A DNA stretch of 63,972 nucleotides, the filler included, from Ionaspis alba (lineage: Eukaryota), in the NCBI GenBank assembly GCA_964255285.1. It is 5 parts of 5 records of this genome, joined end to end, with 100 filler letters (N's around TTAATTAATTAA, not from the genome) between each part and the next. Parts side by side here need not be neighbours in the genome. Positions count along the whole stretch, not along the records: positions 1 to 12,895 come from CAXUUL010000487.1; 4 more parts are not named here. One strand, written 5' to 3'. Each line of letters starts with the position of its first letter. Position 1 is the stretch's first letter. Below the pieces are notes generated by a model. The model saw only the letters and a list, made by a program, of their open reading frames with translations. It did no database searches and had not been told where the DNA came from. Shown piece by piece: positions 1 through 12,995 of this stretch. The translations under genes were made by a program, and so were the position numbers.

Positions 1-470
1 AATTTATAACGAATTAAACGTTTTAATTATTTTCGAATAATTATTTTTTAAAAAAAATTTAAATATTTATTCGATTTTTTTTTTTAATTAATATATCCTT
101 GGCTATTCGACGATATAATATTAAATAAAAAACGTTAAAAATATAAACAATTTCGTAAATATTATAAAAAAAATTTATTTAATAAATATTAAAAATTTTT
201 AAAAATCGAATTTCGCGTAAATTTTTAGTTTTTTACAAAAATATTTATAAAAATTAATAAAAAAACGTTATATACGCGTTAATTTACTGATATAACACGT
301 ATATAAAAAACGTAAAAAATCGTGGAGTTGAAAAAAAATAAAAATAAAAAAAATGCCAAAACCTTAACGTACCATATTAGTGATGTTTTTATTTTGGTGA
401 TGGCCGAGATTACAGTTTAACGATAACATTTTTATGTTGAGTTCCGACATTGAGCTCAGCAACACAGCAA
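1..470. repeat. Extremely AT-rich, RIP-like degenerate repeat or transposon relic at the window start
   Basis: Almost only A/T over 1-350, rich in TpA; most surviving C are in CpG; grades into normal GC by about 470. Confidence 0.65.
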
Positions 471-555
471 CAATAATAATGACTCATCTTTTAACTCTTG
501 CTTTTTAGATCTTCAATTACTCTAGCCTCCAGGTGCGAAGTCGACTTCCGCTACC

Positions 556-2049
556 ATGGCGTCCGGCATGCCTATACCAGATCCACCACGGACTCCTACT
601 CCACCCCCTGAACAAGATCAATCGCGGCCAGCTGGCCTGGGTCTCGACGGGATGAGCGATCTCCTCTCCCCTTCAAGTATCTCATTCGACCCCAATACCC
701 TCTCACCTATGAACGAGAACTTCGCCGTCAATCGATACCCCAATTCTTCCACTCCCTCAACATCGGCGCAACCGCTCAGTCCGGCCAGCCCAAACACAGT
801 ATATAGTTCCATGAACGGGAGCAGTAATGGCAGTGATACCGGAACATCGCTACAGGATGGAAAGGGGCCGTTCAATTTCCAGCCAATGTCCTTGGCTAAG
901 TCGCCGATAACTAAGTCCGTGGGTAAAGCTCTACGGCTACGTTACGAGAGGTACAGCTATGGCTAACTACAGAAATAGAGCGTGGGACAGCGACGAGGAC
1001 ACAAATATAAGCACAGCAGTGTCTCACACCAAATATTTCTTGAGCCAGCTCCCCGCGCACCAGTCGCCCTGCCCAACTCCCTTCCTATACCTACCTTCAA
1101 AGAGTGCCGGCGGAGCATGACCCGAGAGCAAAACACGAGATTCTGGTGGAGTATTTGCCACATGACGGTTGCGGCTTATACGCTCTGGAGTGCCTCAGGG
1201 TCTCTGGCCATGACGGCCCTCTCGCATCTTATCCTGTTCGACTCCTTCGGTGCCATGCTGTGCGTGACGGTGGACGTACTCAGTAACTTTGATGTCTGGA
1301 AGCGGTCAAGTATACGTCATCCGTTTGGTCTCGAGCGCGCAGAAGTCCTGGCCGGCTTTGCCATGTCCGTGCTCTTGTTGTTCATGGGCATGGATCTCAT
1401 CTCGCACAACCTGCAGCATGTGCTCGAAGAGATAGGACATGAGCCACATTTCGTGCATGAGCACGAGCGAGTTTCCCCTGGCGGGATCGATGCCGCCTCG
1501 CTGCTCGCCATCATTTCGACCATTATCTCGGCCGTAGGTCTCAAAAACCACGCACGGATAGGCAAAGTCATGCGCTTCGCCTACATCGAGACCCTTCCCT
1601 CCATTCTCAGCAATCCCTCTCATTTCCTGACCATAACATGCTCTTCTCTTCTTCTCTTGCTTCCTCTTCTCTCCGTCCAGATGTACACCTGGCTCGACCG
1701 AGCGCTGTCCGGCACCATTGCCGTCTCCATGTGCATTCTCGGCACGAGATTAGTCAAGACTTTGGGCTTGATGCTTCTAATGTCTTACTCAGGCGGTGGT
1801 GTGGAAGAAGTGATCCGAGACATCGAAACAGATCCGTCAGTGACAGGCATCGAGGAAGCCAAGTTCTGGCAGGTCCATTATGGCCTGTGCATGGCCAATC
1901 TCAAACTGAGAGTCAGAGGGACTGATGATAATATGGCGAGATTGCGAGATCGGGTAACGAGCTTGATCAGAAACAGGCTGGGTGGAGGCTATGGAGGTGG
2001 GGGACAGCGCTGGGAAGTCTCTACCCAGTTGACCTTAGAGAAATATTGA
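556..2049 (+). CDS. ZRG17: Cation diffusion facilitator zinc transporter, Zrg17-like (exons 556-918 and 979-2049)
   Basis: RRGHKYKHSS..HQIF and SSIRHPFGLERAEVLAGFA motifs, several TM helices, His-rich loop; intron 919-978 (GT...CTAAC...AG) joins the two ORFs in frame. Confidence 0.85.
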
Positions 2050-2920
2050 ACCATTTAGAAATGACATATAGCAGCTTTGCCTGCCTTTCTTCGAATGACC
2101 ATGACCCCGCCCTGGAACAGTTACTATGATGCATGTATGGAAATAACGACTACTAAACAGTTGAGATTGGTATATGCCAAATCCTGAGGACCTCCATTGT
2201 TGTGTTGCACAGATCATCTACGCGTGATAGCAGAAATCGTCTCGAGCATGAACGAATGAAGCATTCCGCCGTCGTGCTGACAATTGCGGCCGTGTCTGGC
2301 AACCCTACCATGGCCGCCAGAATCGGGAGTGGGCCAGGATGATTGAGTCTCATGAGACGCAGAGAGTTTCGGTGAGCTGCGGACGCTCCTCGATAAGAAC
2401 CATTCACCAGCAAAGTCTCTTGATCGCACTTCGCCTCGCAGCACACCTGGATTGAAGACTCACCACTGGAGCTGAACTGTGCCGGTCCGCCGTCGCCAAA
2501 CAGGGGTCTAATTGGGTGGCTGCGGCCGCAATCTCTTGGCCATCCGTGACTCCGCTCTGTTGCCCCATATCCTTCGTGGAGGTGGCTGTTAGAAGACGAG
2601 ACGGCCTAAACGGAACAGAGCTTGCTCAAGAAATTGGTAATGTATTTTTCGATTCACGTATATTCCATGGCTTCCTATCAGACGCAATACATAACGATCA
2701 CCTCGACATGAACGCCTGGAATGATATTTGGTTCGCTAATTTTCCTTGACAAACTTTCCGTTTGCTGAGCCCTACATCCTGTGGGAGAGGAAGAGAAAGA
2801 TGGGTGGAGATCGTGCATCTGCTTTTGCGAAGCCACAATGTAGTCCGGATGATTCTGCTGACCTGTTAATTGCACTTCCAATCCACCTGAATTTCGAACT
2901 TGTCGCCGTCGCTAATCATC

Positions 2921-3798
2921 TCAAGAATCTGTAAACGCATGCTGTTGTGGCTCACGGATCATACAGAAAAGCTGGAAAGTCAGTACATCCGGTTACGTGG
3001 GTTGGCCATAAAAGAATACCTGGCAAATGTCGCCGTTGTCGTCACACTTCATCTCTTTCACTTTGCGAAATCCTAACCTCTCATAGATCTTGGTGTTTGG
3101 CTCATCCCGGCTTGACTCGAGGTAGCATTTCCGGCCTTCTCTATCCGCACGATCTGTCACAGTCTTGAAGAGCATTTTGCCGATGCCTTTACCTTGGTCA
3201 CTGGGCAGCACAGTAATGATGTTGCAGAAATAGTAGCCTTGTGGATCGTTCCAGATTTCTGACTGTAATCGAGCTTGATTCTGCTTCCAGATGTAGTATC
3301 TCTACAGATGCTTGATTCCTCAGCATAAGACCTGCGCCGGAGGCTTATGGCACCCTCGATTGGAACTCACCTTCACGTTCAAGCCTCCTCGTCCCCACCA
3401 AAGGTTCATCCCTACTTGCCTGCCCCATAATAGCCATCCTTGCATCCACTCATCCCAGCTCTCTTTTTGCGCTGCCGAACGAGGCGGCACCCACATCGCT
3501 ATTCCGAGTACCTTTTCTCTCTCATCCACGGTTTTCGCCGACATGTCCTTGGCGACATAGAAGAGAGCATTGCGGATGCCCCAGAGGCAGCGAATTCGAA
3601 GAGAGACGCGATTTCGAGCGTGAGAGAACTGGGAAAGCAGTCAGACTCGGATCTGCGAGTGCAACCTGGTGGCTTGCTCACAGTAGAGTGGTCATTATAA
3701 ATCCACTGATTGTATGGATCATCAGCAAATGCCAATTGGATGCAGTCAATTGCACCAGGGATATCTGACTCCTCGAGCGGAGTAACAGAAATAGCCAT
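2921..3798 (-). CDS. GNAT-family N-acetyltransferase (multi-exon)
   Basis: MAISVTPLEESDIPGAIDCIQLAFADDPY start, acetyl-CoA motif VLPSDQGKGIGKML, YLESS..N..IYERLGF; last exon LFCMIREP...DS*. Confidence 0.85.
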
Positions 3799-4104
3799 TC
3801 TTCCCACTCAATCGCTCGAAGAATAATTTACTATCGATGATTGGCGCGATCAGCGCGCCGTCCCCATAATGCGACCTCTGCAACGCTGTATAGTGGTACT
3901 TAACATCGCGGCTGATTCAGCGATGTAGCAGTTGAGACTATTCGGAACTGGTAAACAGCGAAACGCCGTGTCGATTACAAAGCGGGGGGCATCTTAGAAC
4001 CATATCAACGGACTGGAGCGGGTGGAACCCCGCTACATCATATGGCCATCATACGGCATAAATAAGTCGATTGTCTGCTATATTTCTCCCCACGCTCCCT
4101 TCCC

Positions 4105-5053
4105 ATGCTCCGAGCTTTACAAAGAACAACAACCCTACTAAATCATATACGTCCTACGCAGTTAGTACCTACAGGCAAAAGGATAAGCTCCATTCACAAC
4201 ATGTCGAACCCTCTGTATATCGATGAGACGCCGGATTCTGTGAAGAACTCCAAGGTTTCAGCTCACACGCGTCACATGTACCATAATAGAGGCTGACATG
4301 AGTCGTGAAGGGTCTTCACCTCATTACAATGAGCACTCCCAATGGGCAAAAGGTGCAGATCATGCTCGAGGAGCTGGCGGACGTCTACGGAACCAAATGG
4401 GATACAACATTCATGTAAGGCAACCCCCTAGACACTGAAATTATCAATTCCTGATGACGGTTCTGTGAACTAGCAACATCATGACGAACGAACAAAAGAA
4501 AGAATGGTTCCTTCGACTAGACCCTAACGGACGTATTCCAGTACTCGTCGATAACCACCAGTCGCCTCCATTCGCGGTCATGGAGACGAGCGCTGAACTT
4601 CTTTACTTACTGAAATTTGCCGACAAGGACGATGTATTTGGTTTCAAGGACGAAATTGAGCGCTCCCAAGCTTTGCAATGGCTTTTCTTTTGGCATGGTA
4701 GTGGTGCTCCATATCAGGGTCAGTTGAACCATTTCGGAAAATTCTTGAAAGAGAAGATTCCGTATGCAATCGAACGATTCAAGAACGAGACCCTCCGGGT
4801 GTACGGAGTCTTGGAGATTCAGCTGTCAGGAAAATACTCCGGAGAACCACGCGAGTACCTGGCTGGCAAGGGGAAAGGAAAGTACAGTGTTGCAGACATA
4901 GGGACGTGGCCTTGGGTCAAGGGCTGGTCGTTCTCGGGCTTGACAGAGGAGGATATGAAGCCGTTCCCGCACCTCATGAAGTGGATCGATAGAATTGCAG
5001 AGAGGCCGGCCGTCAAGCGGGGGACTGGTGACAAGTATTCTCCTAAGGACTGA
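4105..5053 (+). CDS. Glutathione S-transferase (Ure2/YfcG-like class), 3 exons; alternative start at 4201
   Basis: TPNGQKVQIMLEEL, QKKEWFLRLDPNGRIPVLVD, METSAELLYL, YSVADIGTWPWV, KWIDRIAERPAV. Confidence 0.9.
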
Positions 5054-5574
5054 ACCCCGGATATGCATGGGAGTAGGGAGATCTCCCCAGCTGCTTCTAA
5101 AGTACAACAGAAGGGTAGCAATCCATGAGCAGAGCCTCAAACATGGCTGGACCTGATCTGCCGTTATTGGCGATCGATCAAATGTTTCTTAGGGAGCTAG
5201 TGATCATCAGTAAAAGTGGTTGTTTGTCTCCAGTGCATCATCGTCGAAATGTGGAGTGTATCTAGAGGACACGATGACTTACTAAGGGCATCCCAGATTA
5301 ACGTATTCGTGTACCAGACTCGGCATAGTAGACTTCTAAACTGCAAACATGGCTCGGTGAAGTATGAGATGGTTATGCTCTCGGTCGTCAGCCGAAGGAC
5401 TTGCCAAGCCGTACGACACCGTCCGAAACAACTAGGGAGAGTCCACTATCAGCCTTATGGGACAAGAACCCCGTTTACTTGTTTTGCTTCGAGCCCGCTT
5501 CTGGGTACTTATTCTCGAAATCCTTCTCAAAATGACTATAAACTTATCGCAGTAGCTTCGAAATCACTAAGGCG

Positions 5575-8401
5575 ATGAGTGTAAACCGGCTATGGGTGGC
5601 CAGCTTGGGCCGCCGAACTCTGCCTCGACAGGCAGGGCGCCGGTCAATTCACCAAGTTACTCCTACCTCTCCTACAGGCGGTCTGCTACGACATGCAGCA
5701 GGTCTAAGAAGTCCGCAGCGGAGACCATGGCCTGCTGGAGCCTATTCGATCCATAATGTGCCGGCCGTGCGGACGATCTCCGTTCTAAGAGTCCTCCCCA
5801 AACTTGCTACCAAACTTCTGAGAATACCGGCAATGTTCGGAGGCGCTGCAATCGCAGGACTAGCATACCTACAGTATCAGGCTACGCAGGCAGGGAATTA
5901 TGCTATGGATATGTTTAGAAGAGCAGGAGACACGGCGAGTGGAGCTGCTGGTAGTATCTTTGGAAGCGCGAAGGATATCGCCGAGCAGACGAGAAATGGT
6001 TGGGAGAGGACAAAAGATAATATCGAGGCCCCTGAATGGCTTCAACAGATCCTGCGGATGGGCGAAGGCTCTTCGGAAGGTGGATCATCTGGTGGTGAAG
6101 GGGGACCTCCGAAGCAGAGTAAGGTCGGTACAGCAGCTGTAGCTGGAACAGGAGCAGCATTTGGATACACACAGTCTCCGGAAGAGGATGAGCGGTCTGG
6201 AGAGGAAGTCGCACGAGATGACCAGATGATGATGCTCACCAAAAAAATGATTGAGATACGGAGCATACTACAGACAGTTGGACAGTCGAATGCTTTGGCC
6301 CTGCCTTCAATTGTGGTCATTGGATCTCAGTCATCTGGCAAAAGTTCTGTTCTCGAAGCTATCGTGGGCCATGAATTCCTTCCCAAGGGTTTAAACATGG
6401 TTACCCGCAGACCCATTGAACTTACATTAGTCAATACCCCAGACGCAAAGGCAGAATATGGCGAGTTTCCAGCATTGGGTTTGGGCAAGATAACGGACTT
6501 TTCTCACATCCAGAAGACTTTGACTGATCTCAATCTGGCCGTACCGGCCAAAGATTGTGTCTCCGACGATCCGATCCAGCTGTCAATATACTCGCCGAAT
6601 GTCCCTGATCTCTCTTTGATCGATCTCCCAGGATACATACAAGTCACTGGTCTAGATCAACCATTGGAGCTGAAGCAGAAAATTGCTGATCTATGCGACA
6701 AGTACATCCAACCGCCTAATGTTATTCTAGCGATTTCTGCCGCTGACGTCGATCTTGCAAATTCCACCGCTCTTCGTGCGAGTCGGAGAGTGGATCCTCG
6801 CGGTGAAAGGACCATCGGTGTTGTCACTAAGATGGATCTGGTTGACGCGCCTCGAGGGGTCAGCATACTAAGTGACAAGAAGTATCCTCTTAGATTAGGT
6901 TACGTTGGTGTCGTGAGCAAAGTGCCGCATACAAGCGGACTGTTCTCGAGAGGAAGTGGCAATATAGCCAATGCGATCACCAAGAACGAGAACCACTTTT
7001 TCTCATCACATCCACTCGAATATGGTCCGGAATCAGAGCTCGCGGTCGGAACAACGACTCTGCGGAAGAAGCTCATGCATGTCCTGGAACAAACAATGGC
7101 GGCGAGTTTACAGGGGACTAGCGATGCTATCCGCCAAGAGCTAGAAGAAGCGACTTACGAATTTAAAGTTCAGTACAATGACCGACCACTCAGCGCGGAG
7201 TCCTATCTTGCTGAGAGTCTTGATGCTTTCAAGCATTCCTTCAAGGAATTCGCCGAGTCATTTGGTCGCCCCCAAGTCCGAGAGCTCCTGAAGCAGGAAT
7301 TAGACCAACGAGTCCTAGACCTTCTAGCGCAAAGGTACTGGAACAAGCCTATAACTGACCTTGAGGTCCCGATGCCAGAACGTGATCCACTAAGCGAACT
7401 CCCTAAGGCAGATCCGGAGTCTTTGTACTGGCACCGAAAGCTAGATGCCTCGACCTCGTCACTGACCAAACTTGGAGTCGGGCGCCTCGCGACCACCGTT
7501 GTAGCCAACGCGTTGCAGAGTCATATCGAGCAGTTAATCGAAGTGTCAACATTTTCTTCGCACCCTTTTGCTCGAGAGGCAATCACCAGCGCCTCTTCTG
7601 GAATCCTTAATGAACGGTTTTATAGCACAAGCGATCAAGTCGAGAATTGCATCAAGCCGTACAAATACGAAATCGAAGTCGAAGACGCAGAGTGGAGTAA
7701 GGGACGCCAGAACATTTCCGCAGTCTTGAGGCCTGAACTTAAAGCGTGCGAAGCTGCGATTAAGGGCGTTCAGGATACGGTTGGTGGCAAGAAGAAACTA
7801 AAGGATGTCATGAGCTTCATCGACCGAGTGCGGAAAGGCGAGGCTGTTCTTGAGGGCAATGGCTCGGGTGGCGCTGGAGGATTTAGTGCCGCCCTCCTGG
7901 AGAAAGGTATGCTTCTGACATTCTCGAGACTGACGACGAGTACTGATAATTTCAGGACGAGAAGCAGTCTTTCTGCGAGACCGTGCGTCCATACTCGAGA
8001 TGCGCCTCTTCGCTCTGCGGTCTAAACAATGTTCCTCTAAATCAAACAAATACTACTGCCCAGAAATATTCCTTGACGTCGTTGCCGACAAGCTCACTTC
8101 CACTGCCGTGCTCTTTCTGAACGTCGAGCTCCTTTCGGAATTCTACCACAACTTCCCTCGCGAGCTGGATGCACGTCTTGGACGCCACCTCAGTGATAGC
8201 GAGATCGAGCGCTTCGCTCGTGAGGATCCGAAAGTCCGGAGTCATTTGGATGTCATTAAGCGAAAGGAGATGCTAGAGCTCGTATTGGAAAAAATGGAGA
8301 GCTTGCGAATTTTAGAGAAGCGAGAGAAGAGGAGGGAGTTAGGGAAGCAGCAGGCTGCTGGAGCGCCGAAGGAGAGAGGGAAAGGCTGGAGCTTGTTTTG
8401 A
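5575..8401 (+). CDS. MGM1: Mitochondrial dynamin-like GTPase Mgm1/Msp1 (one intron near 7907-7956)
   Basis: Presequence, hydrophobic anchor, GSQSSGKSSVLEAIVG, VTRRPIELTL, DLPG, TKMD; C-terminal AREDPKVRSHLD. Confidence 0.95.
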
Positions 8402-8774
8402 TAATTTGTAGATACCAATTTGAGAGGGCAAAGCGTCAAGGGAAGCATTATGAGTCCTACGGTGTTGTGGATAGGCTTATGGCATCTTGGAATTCGGAAG
8501 AAAGACACTTTCCTCACGAGGACAGACGAGGCTTTTAATCACGACTTCTACTACTTGTGTGTGGTTAGATTTCGTTCGATGGCCACCAAGATTCGAATAT
8601 AAAGTGGCTTCAATAAGCCATTGTTCCAGAGTGGGAGCAACTCTGAATGCTTTGCATTTATGCAACTAATTCCCATGTATCCATACATCCAGTTTCTTAT
8701 GCATAGCAAAAACGCCACCCTATGCTTTCTTCCTTTACGTTCTTATATCTCTGCGTTCCAGCATCCACTGATAT

Positions 8775-9319
8775 TCATTTCCCAAACTCATCGACTGGAC
8801 TTCCCCATCTGACTTGCCCTTGTACGTCCTTAATCCCCTTCAACGTTCCATCTCCTAGCTTCACGACCCCAAACTTGACCATCCGCGGATCAAGCCCAAG
8901 CATCTTCTTCACCGCCTCCTGAGTTGAAGGCGAACAATCGAAGCGCATGACAAAGTGTTGGCCATCGACGTGCTTGGCTTGGTTTCTGCGCACTGGCTTC
9001 GTGAGAAGGAAGGTGCCCCAGTTGGTTATGCCTCGAACGACGCCCCGAGATGAGAGGATGAGAGAGCCAGTCGTGCGGGCAATCCTATGAATAGCACCGT
9101 CAGTTGAGTGAGCATAAGCCTTCACGAGAAGCATGTGTAGGGAGAACGTAAATGATGGTTAGGCTGGCACCGTCGTTTGGGTATGGGAAGGCATACTCTT
9201 TTACTTCGGCGACATTGCCGGAGCGGACCTGTAAGCAAGACATTAATGATAGTCTTTCATTGAGGATATCAGCCTGGATAGGACAAGCATCATACCACTG
9301 CGATCAGCTCATAAAGCAT
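8775..9319 (-). CDS. MRP17: Mitochondrial ribosomal protein bS6m (3 exons)
   Basis: Spliced MLYELIAV/VRSGNVAEVKE/IARTTGSLIL..GVVRGITNWG..GQHFVMRFD..LGLDPRMVKFGVVK. Confidence 0.85.
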
Positions 9320-9511
9320 CCTCCCGAAGTCCAACTTTATCGTAACATCGAATCTTTGTTTGTGACTTCTCGTGTCAATGAAAGAAGAAGGTTATCGATC
9401 CTGGTAAGTCCCATAGCCCTGATACGTCGCCCTACCCGATACTAGTGTCTTGGCTGCATCCGCTTGTCCTTGACTTCATAGCCGCAGAACCGTTGGAGAT
9501 TCTTCATAATC

Positions 9512-10214
9512 ATGACTTTAGTTGGTCGTTTACCCTCAGTATTGAGGTGCACCTCGTTCTCTCTGAATCCTACCACTGGTATTCGACCTACCCTCTGTAA
9601 GGGCTTCGGGCAATGGCCGCTCAGGGGTGTGGTTAATCGGTCCAGGGGAGTTCGGAGGGGCTTTATGAGTTCGGCAAGATGTAGGTCAATCAATTGAGGC
9701 TATGCGCCAGGTTGTTGAGAAACTGTAAGCGAGGGGCTGATGACTGAGTCACTAGGGCAGGAGAAGAAGTACACGACGGCACATGAATGGATCGAGCTAT
9801 CGGAAGATGGAAAAACTGGTACATGCGTTGCTCTATCTTTGCTCTACACCTATCCATTCTCCCAGTCTAGGCACTTCTGCTGACGAACTTTCCCTTCAAG
9901 GTACAATAGGTATCTCGGAGTATGCTGCAAAGTCTCTCGGCGATGTAGTCTTTGTCGAGCTTCCAATCGCCGATCTCGAAGTGGGTGCTGGTGACGCAAT
10001 CGGTGCCGTCGAGTCCGTCAAGTCGGCTTCAGATATCTATGCGCCTGTAGCGGGGAAAATTATCGAGGCGAACAGTCTGTTAGAAGAGAAACCCGGTACG
10101 ATCAACAAAGGACCAGAGAGCCAGGGGTGGATCGCTCGGATAGAGGTCAAGGACGCGGGTGAGCTCGAGGAGCTCATGAATGCGGAGGGATATCGAAAAC
10201 ACACTGAAGAGTGA
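9512..10214 (+). CDS. GCV3: Glycine cleavage system H protein, mitochondrial (3 exons)
   Basis: Arg-rich presequence; KKYTTAHEWIEL; GTIGISEYAAKSLGDVVFVELP; lipoyl-Lys motif ESVKSASDIYAPV. Confidence 0.93.
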
Positions 10215-11398
10215 GGCGGACAGGTGTGGTTCTAGTGACTCTCCTTGTGTACTGTGCGTTTGCGAAAGGATTGGTCCGGTGCCTTGCTAAGACCAGACAG
10301 ACGATCCACGCAATAGTGAGGCATAACTTGTTAATTCAGCCATTCAATTGTGGATGATGTATATGAGATTTGGTCTCTTTCGTCTGATGCTGCGACTTGT
10401 GTTGCAATCGTTGTACTGCCGAAGTCAGATGGCAACCGGTGTCGTCGGAGTCTGTTCTCGTGAGGGCCCAGCCGAGTTCAACGGTTCTCAGCATAGGAGA
10501 GTGTCTGTGAAAGAAGCGGCAGATCCCGTCAGTCTCTATAATACTGATAATCATAGAGCCTTGCTAGCCCACTAATGTTCCGCAAATGTCTGCTTTGTGC
10601 TCTATTGTGGCTTGTGTCTTACCACTCTTGTTGACGATGACATTGTGCGCGAGCATGATGGAATACCACTTAATTCGGGCAAACAAAGGGAAACAGCGAG
10701 TCCAGCATTATAGTCTCTTGAGAGCAAGAACGACCTTGTTATATCCTGCCACCCGATTAGCGAAGGCTAGCTTGAGAAGAGAAGAGCCGCCCGTTCAATC
10801 TGAAAACGACTTACAATATTTAAGCGAGGCTGGCTGTCCAAAAAATGGCTCAAAACCGCCGCGGACTTGGATAGACTCACCTTGCTAACAGATTGTGGGG
10901 ATAGAAAAGGAATGGCAAAAATTCGAAAGTCGATTTTGGACAGTCGAAGAAAATCTGGCCGTAGGGGTTGGTTTGTTTTATTCCTCTCACTACCACCTTT
11001 TCCAGTCTCGATGTATGCGTGGTTCGAAAGTAGGGTTTCCCAATCCAAGGAAAACCCCTCGCTCACTGAGGAATCACGCGACGATTCCTAAGGAATCGGG
11101 CGTGAACAGATCCTTTGACCAGAGTACCTCAAGGCACCGCCCAGGCTGTTGAGGGTAATTCTCTCATCATAGTATATATCTTTTGTTATTTTATTTTCTG
11201 CACAACATCATGAAATGCTGCTACTCTTTCCTTCCTAGACCATTCGTTCCATGGTCTTTGACTTATCGTTCTTCACGATCGAGCTTCAGCATTTACTGCT
11301 TATTGCTACTACTTACCTCGTCAAGCAAGTGGGAACGCATTCCACTCTAATGCTGTCAAGGATAGCTGCCCGTCTACTTAGCTTCTAGCCTAGAAACC

Positions 11399-11498
11399 NN
11401 NNNNNNNNNNNNNNNNNNNNNNNNNNNNNNNNNNNNNNNNNNNNNNNNNNNNNNNNNNNNNNNNNNNNNNNNNNNNNNNNNNNNNNNNNNNNNNNNNN
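11399..11498. other. Within-scaffold gap (100 N, no linker)
   Basis: Run of N. Confidence 0.95.
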
Positions 11499-12656
11499 CT
11501 GCCTTTCTAGCAAGCTAGAGTTTTACTTGCATCAAGTCGAGGAGCAAACGTATCATCGTCATATTTTGGAGGGGAAAGTCGCTGGACTGAGAGCCATTAG
11601 AGGTGTTTCCACGCCAGATCGTGGTCTCTGTAATGGCAGCAATAAGCAAACTCGGACATATCCTAGAACTATCATTTACTAGTGCAACTGAAATGTTACG
11701 CTTTTGATCGTAGACGCAGTGGACTCTCAGGACTCCAGATGATGTGGCTCCGATGGGATGAAATTACCGGTTATGATACACGTCGTAGCGTAGTCAACAC
11801 AGAAGAATGCTTAGTTGTCTCCCACCTCGGGACCACCGAGTCTTCTACATAGACAATCCACCTCTTATTCCAGACCTAAGCCTCGTCACAGTCGATACTA
11901 GCTTAATTACAGGTTGAGGTCGCTTAATTGAACCGCAACACAATAGCCAAGTTTAGCGTTCCACCGACCACGCTCGAACGCGCTCCGCTTCCGGACCTCC
12001 ACACATCTATTGAATCCATCTTAGATCTCCACAACATACCACGAGCCTACGATAGAAAGCAACTGAAATGTGTATAACAGTGGTTGTGAAACTCCAGACC
12101 GACAGCACCTTGTTGATCTAGTATCGTTAGAACCAACTACGGCCCACCCTCTCAACGTTTTTAATTAGTTGCAATTGCGGCGTCACGTTGGGTTGTGTTC
12201 ATGACAGACCTGCCACTTCTTCATCAACAAGTTGGTAGGGAACATGTTAGCGAGCCGAGAACTGTGGACCATAGGATGGTAGTTCCGTGGGGATGGCGCA
12301 AGGATTATCGTTGTTAATGCTTGTATTTCACTTACTGACGAACTGCACGGGAGCGGAATCAGAGAATGCCGCCGGACATAACACAGATGCCCCTGTTTAT
12401 CGTTTGTTGTATTTGATCACCTACTGTGAGGTTGTGGACCTAGATAAATACAAGCTCTGTTGCTCCACTTTGCTGAAAACAAGCATTCTCTAATGAGCGC
12501 ACTCTCGACCATATTTTGTTTCCGTCACAACCTGTACGGCTGTTGATCTGTTACACAGTCTGTGGTCCTATATTCTCCGAACCCACCGGTTATTCTAACT
12601 AATACAGGCATTCGATACCCTATATTTCACATACCAGCCTTGAGTTCTTGTTCACA

Positions 12657-12895
12657 ATGATTCTCTCACTCACCGTCGTTTCGTCCCTTCTGGTAATAGG
12701 CTCTGTTGCCTTCCCACCAGCCCGAGACTTCAACAGCTATGGATTCAACACACTCGGCCGGCCCGAGTGGAACGTTGCTCCGGCCCAGAGTGTTCCCATC
12801 CACCGTTTCGGACATTCCGAGAACCTTCCGCAACCAATTCTGAATCGGCGTAAGGGTGGCGGAGGTGGCGGAGGCGGAAAAGGGGGTGGAGGAAG
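12657..12895 (+). CDS. Putative secreted glycine-rich protein, 3' part lost at the scaffold end
   Basis: Signal peptide MILSLTVVSSLLVIGSVA-FP, basic site NRRK, then GGGGGGGGKGGGG running into the gap. Confidence 0.6.
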
Positions 12896-12995
12896 NNNNN
12901 NNNNNNNNNNNNNNNNNNNNNNNNNNNNNNNNNNNNNNNTTAATTAATTAANNNNNNNNNNNNNNNNNNNNNNNNNNNNNNNNNNNNNNNNNNNN
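12896..12995. other. Artificial scaffold-joining spacer
   Basis: 44 N + TTAATTAATTAA (stop codons in all six frames) + 44 N. Confidence 0.95.

Noticed and set aside
2153..2900. Short ORFs between ZRG17 and the GNAT gene
   Set aside because: No recognisable motifs, stops in all frames, no coherent splice model.
10215..12600. ORFs of 60-100 aa in the long intergenic region
   Set aside because: Overlap on both strands with no family signature; likely chance ORFs.
12940..12951. TTAATTAATTAA (also in the three other spacers) as a biological palindrome or piggyBac TTAA site
   Set aside because: Always centred in exactly 44+44 N; it is a synthetic six-frame stop linker.
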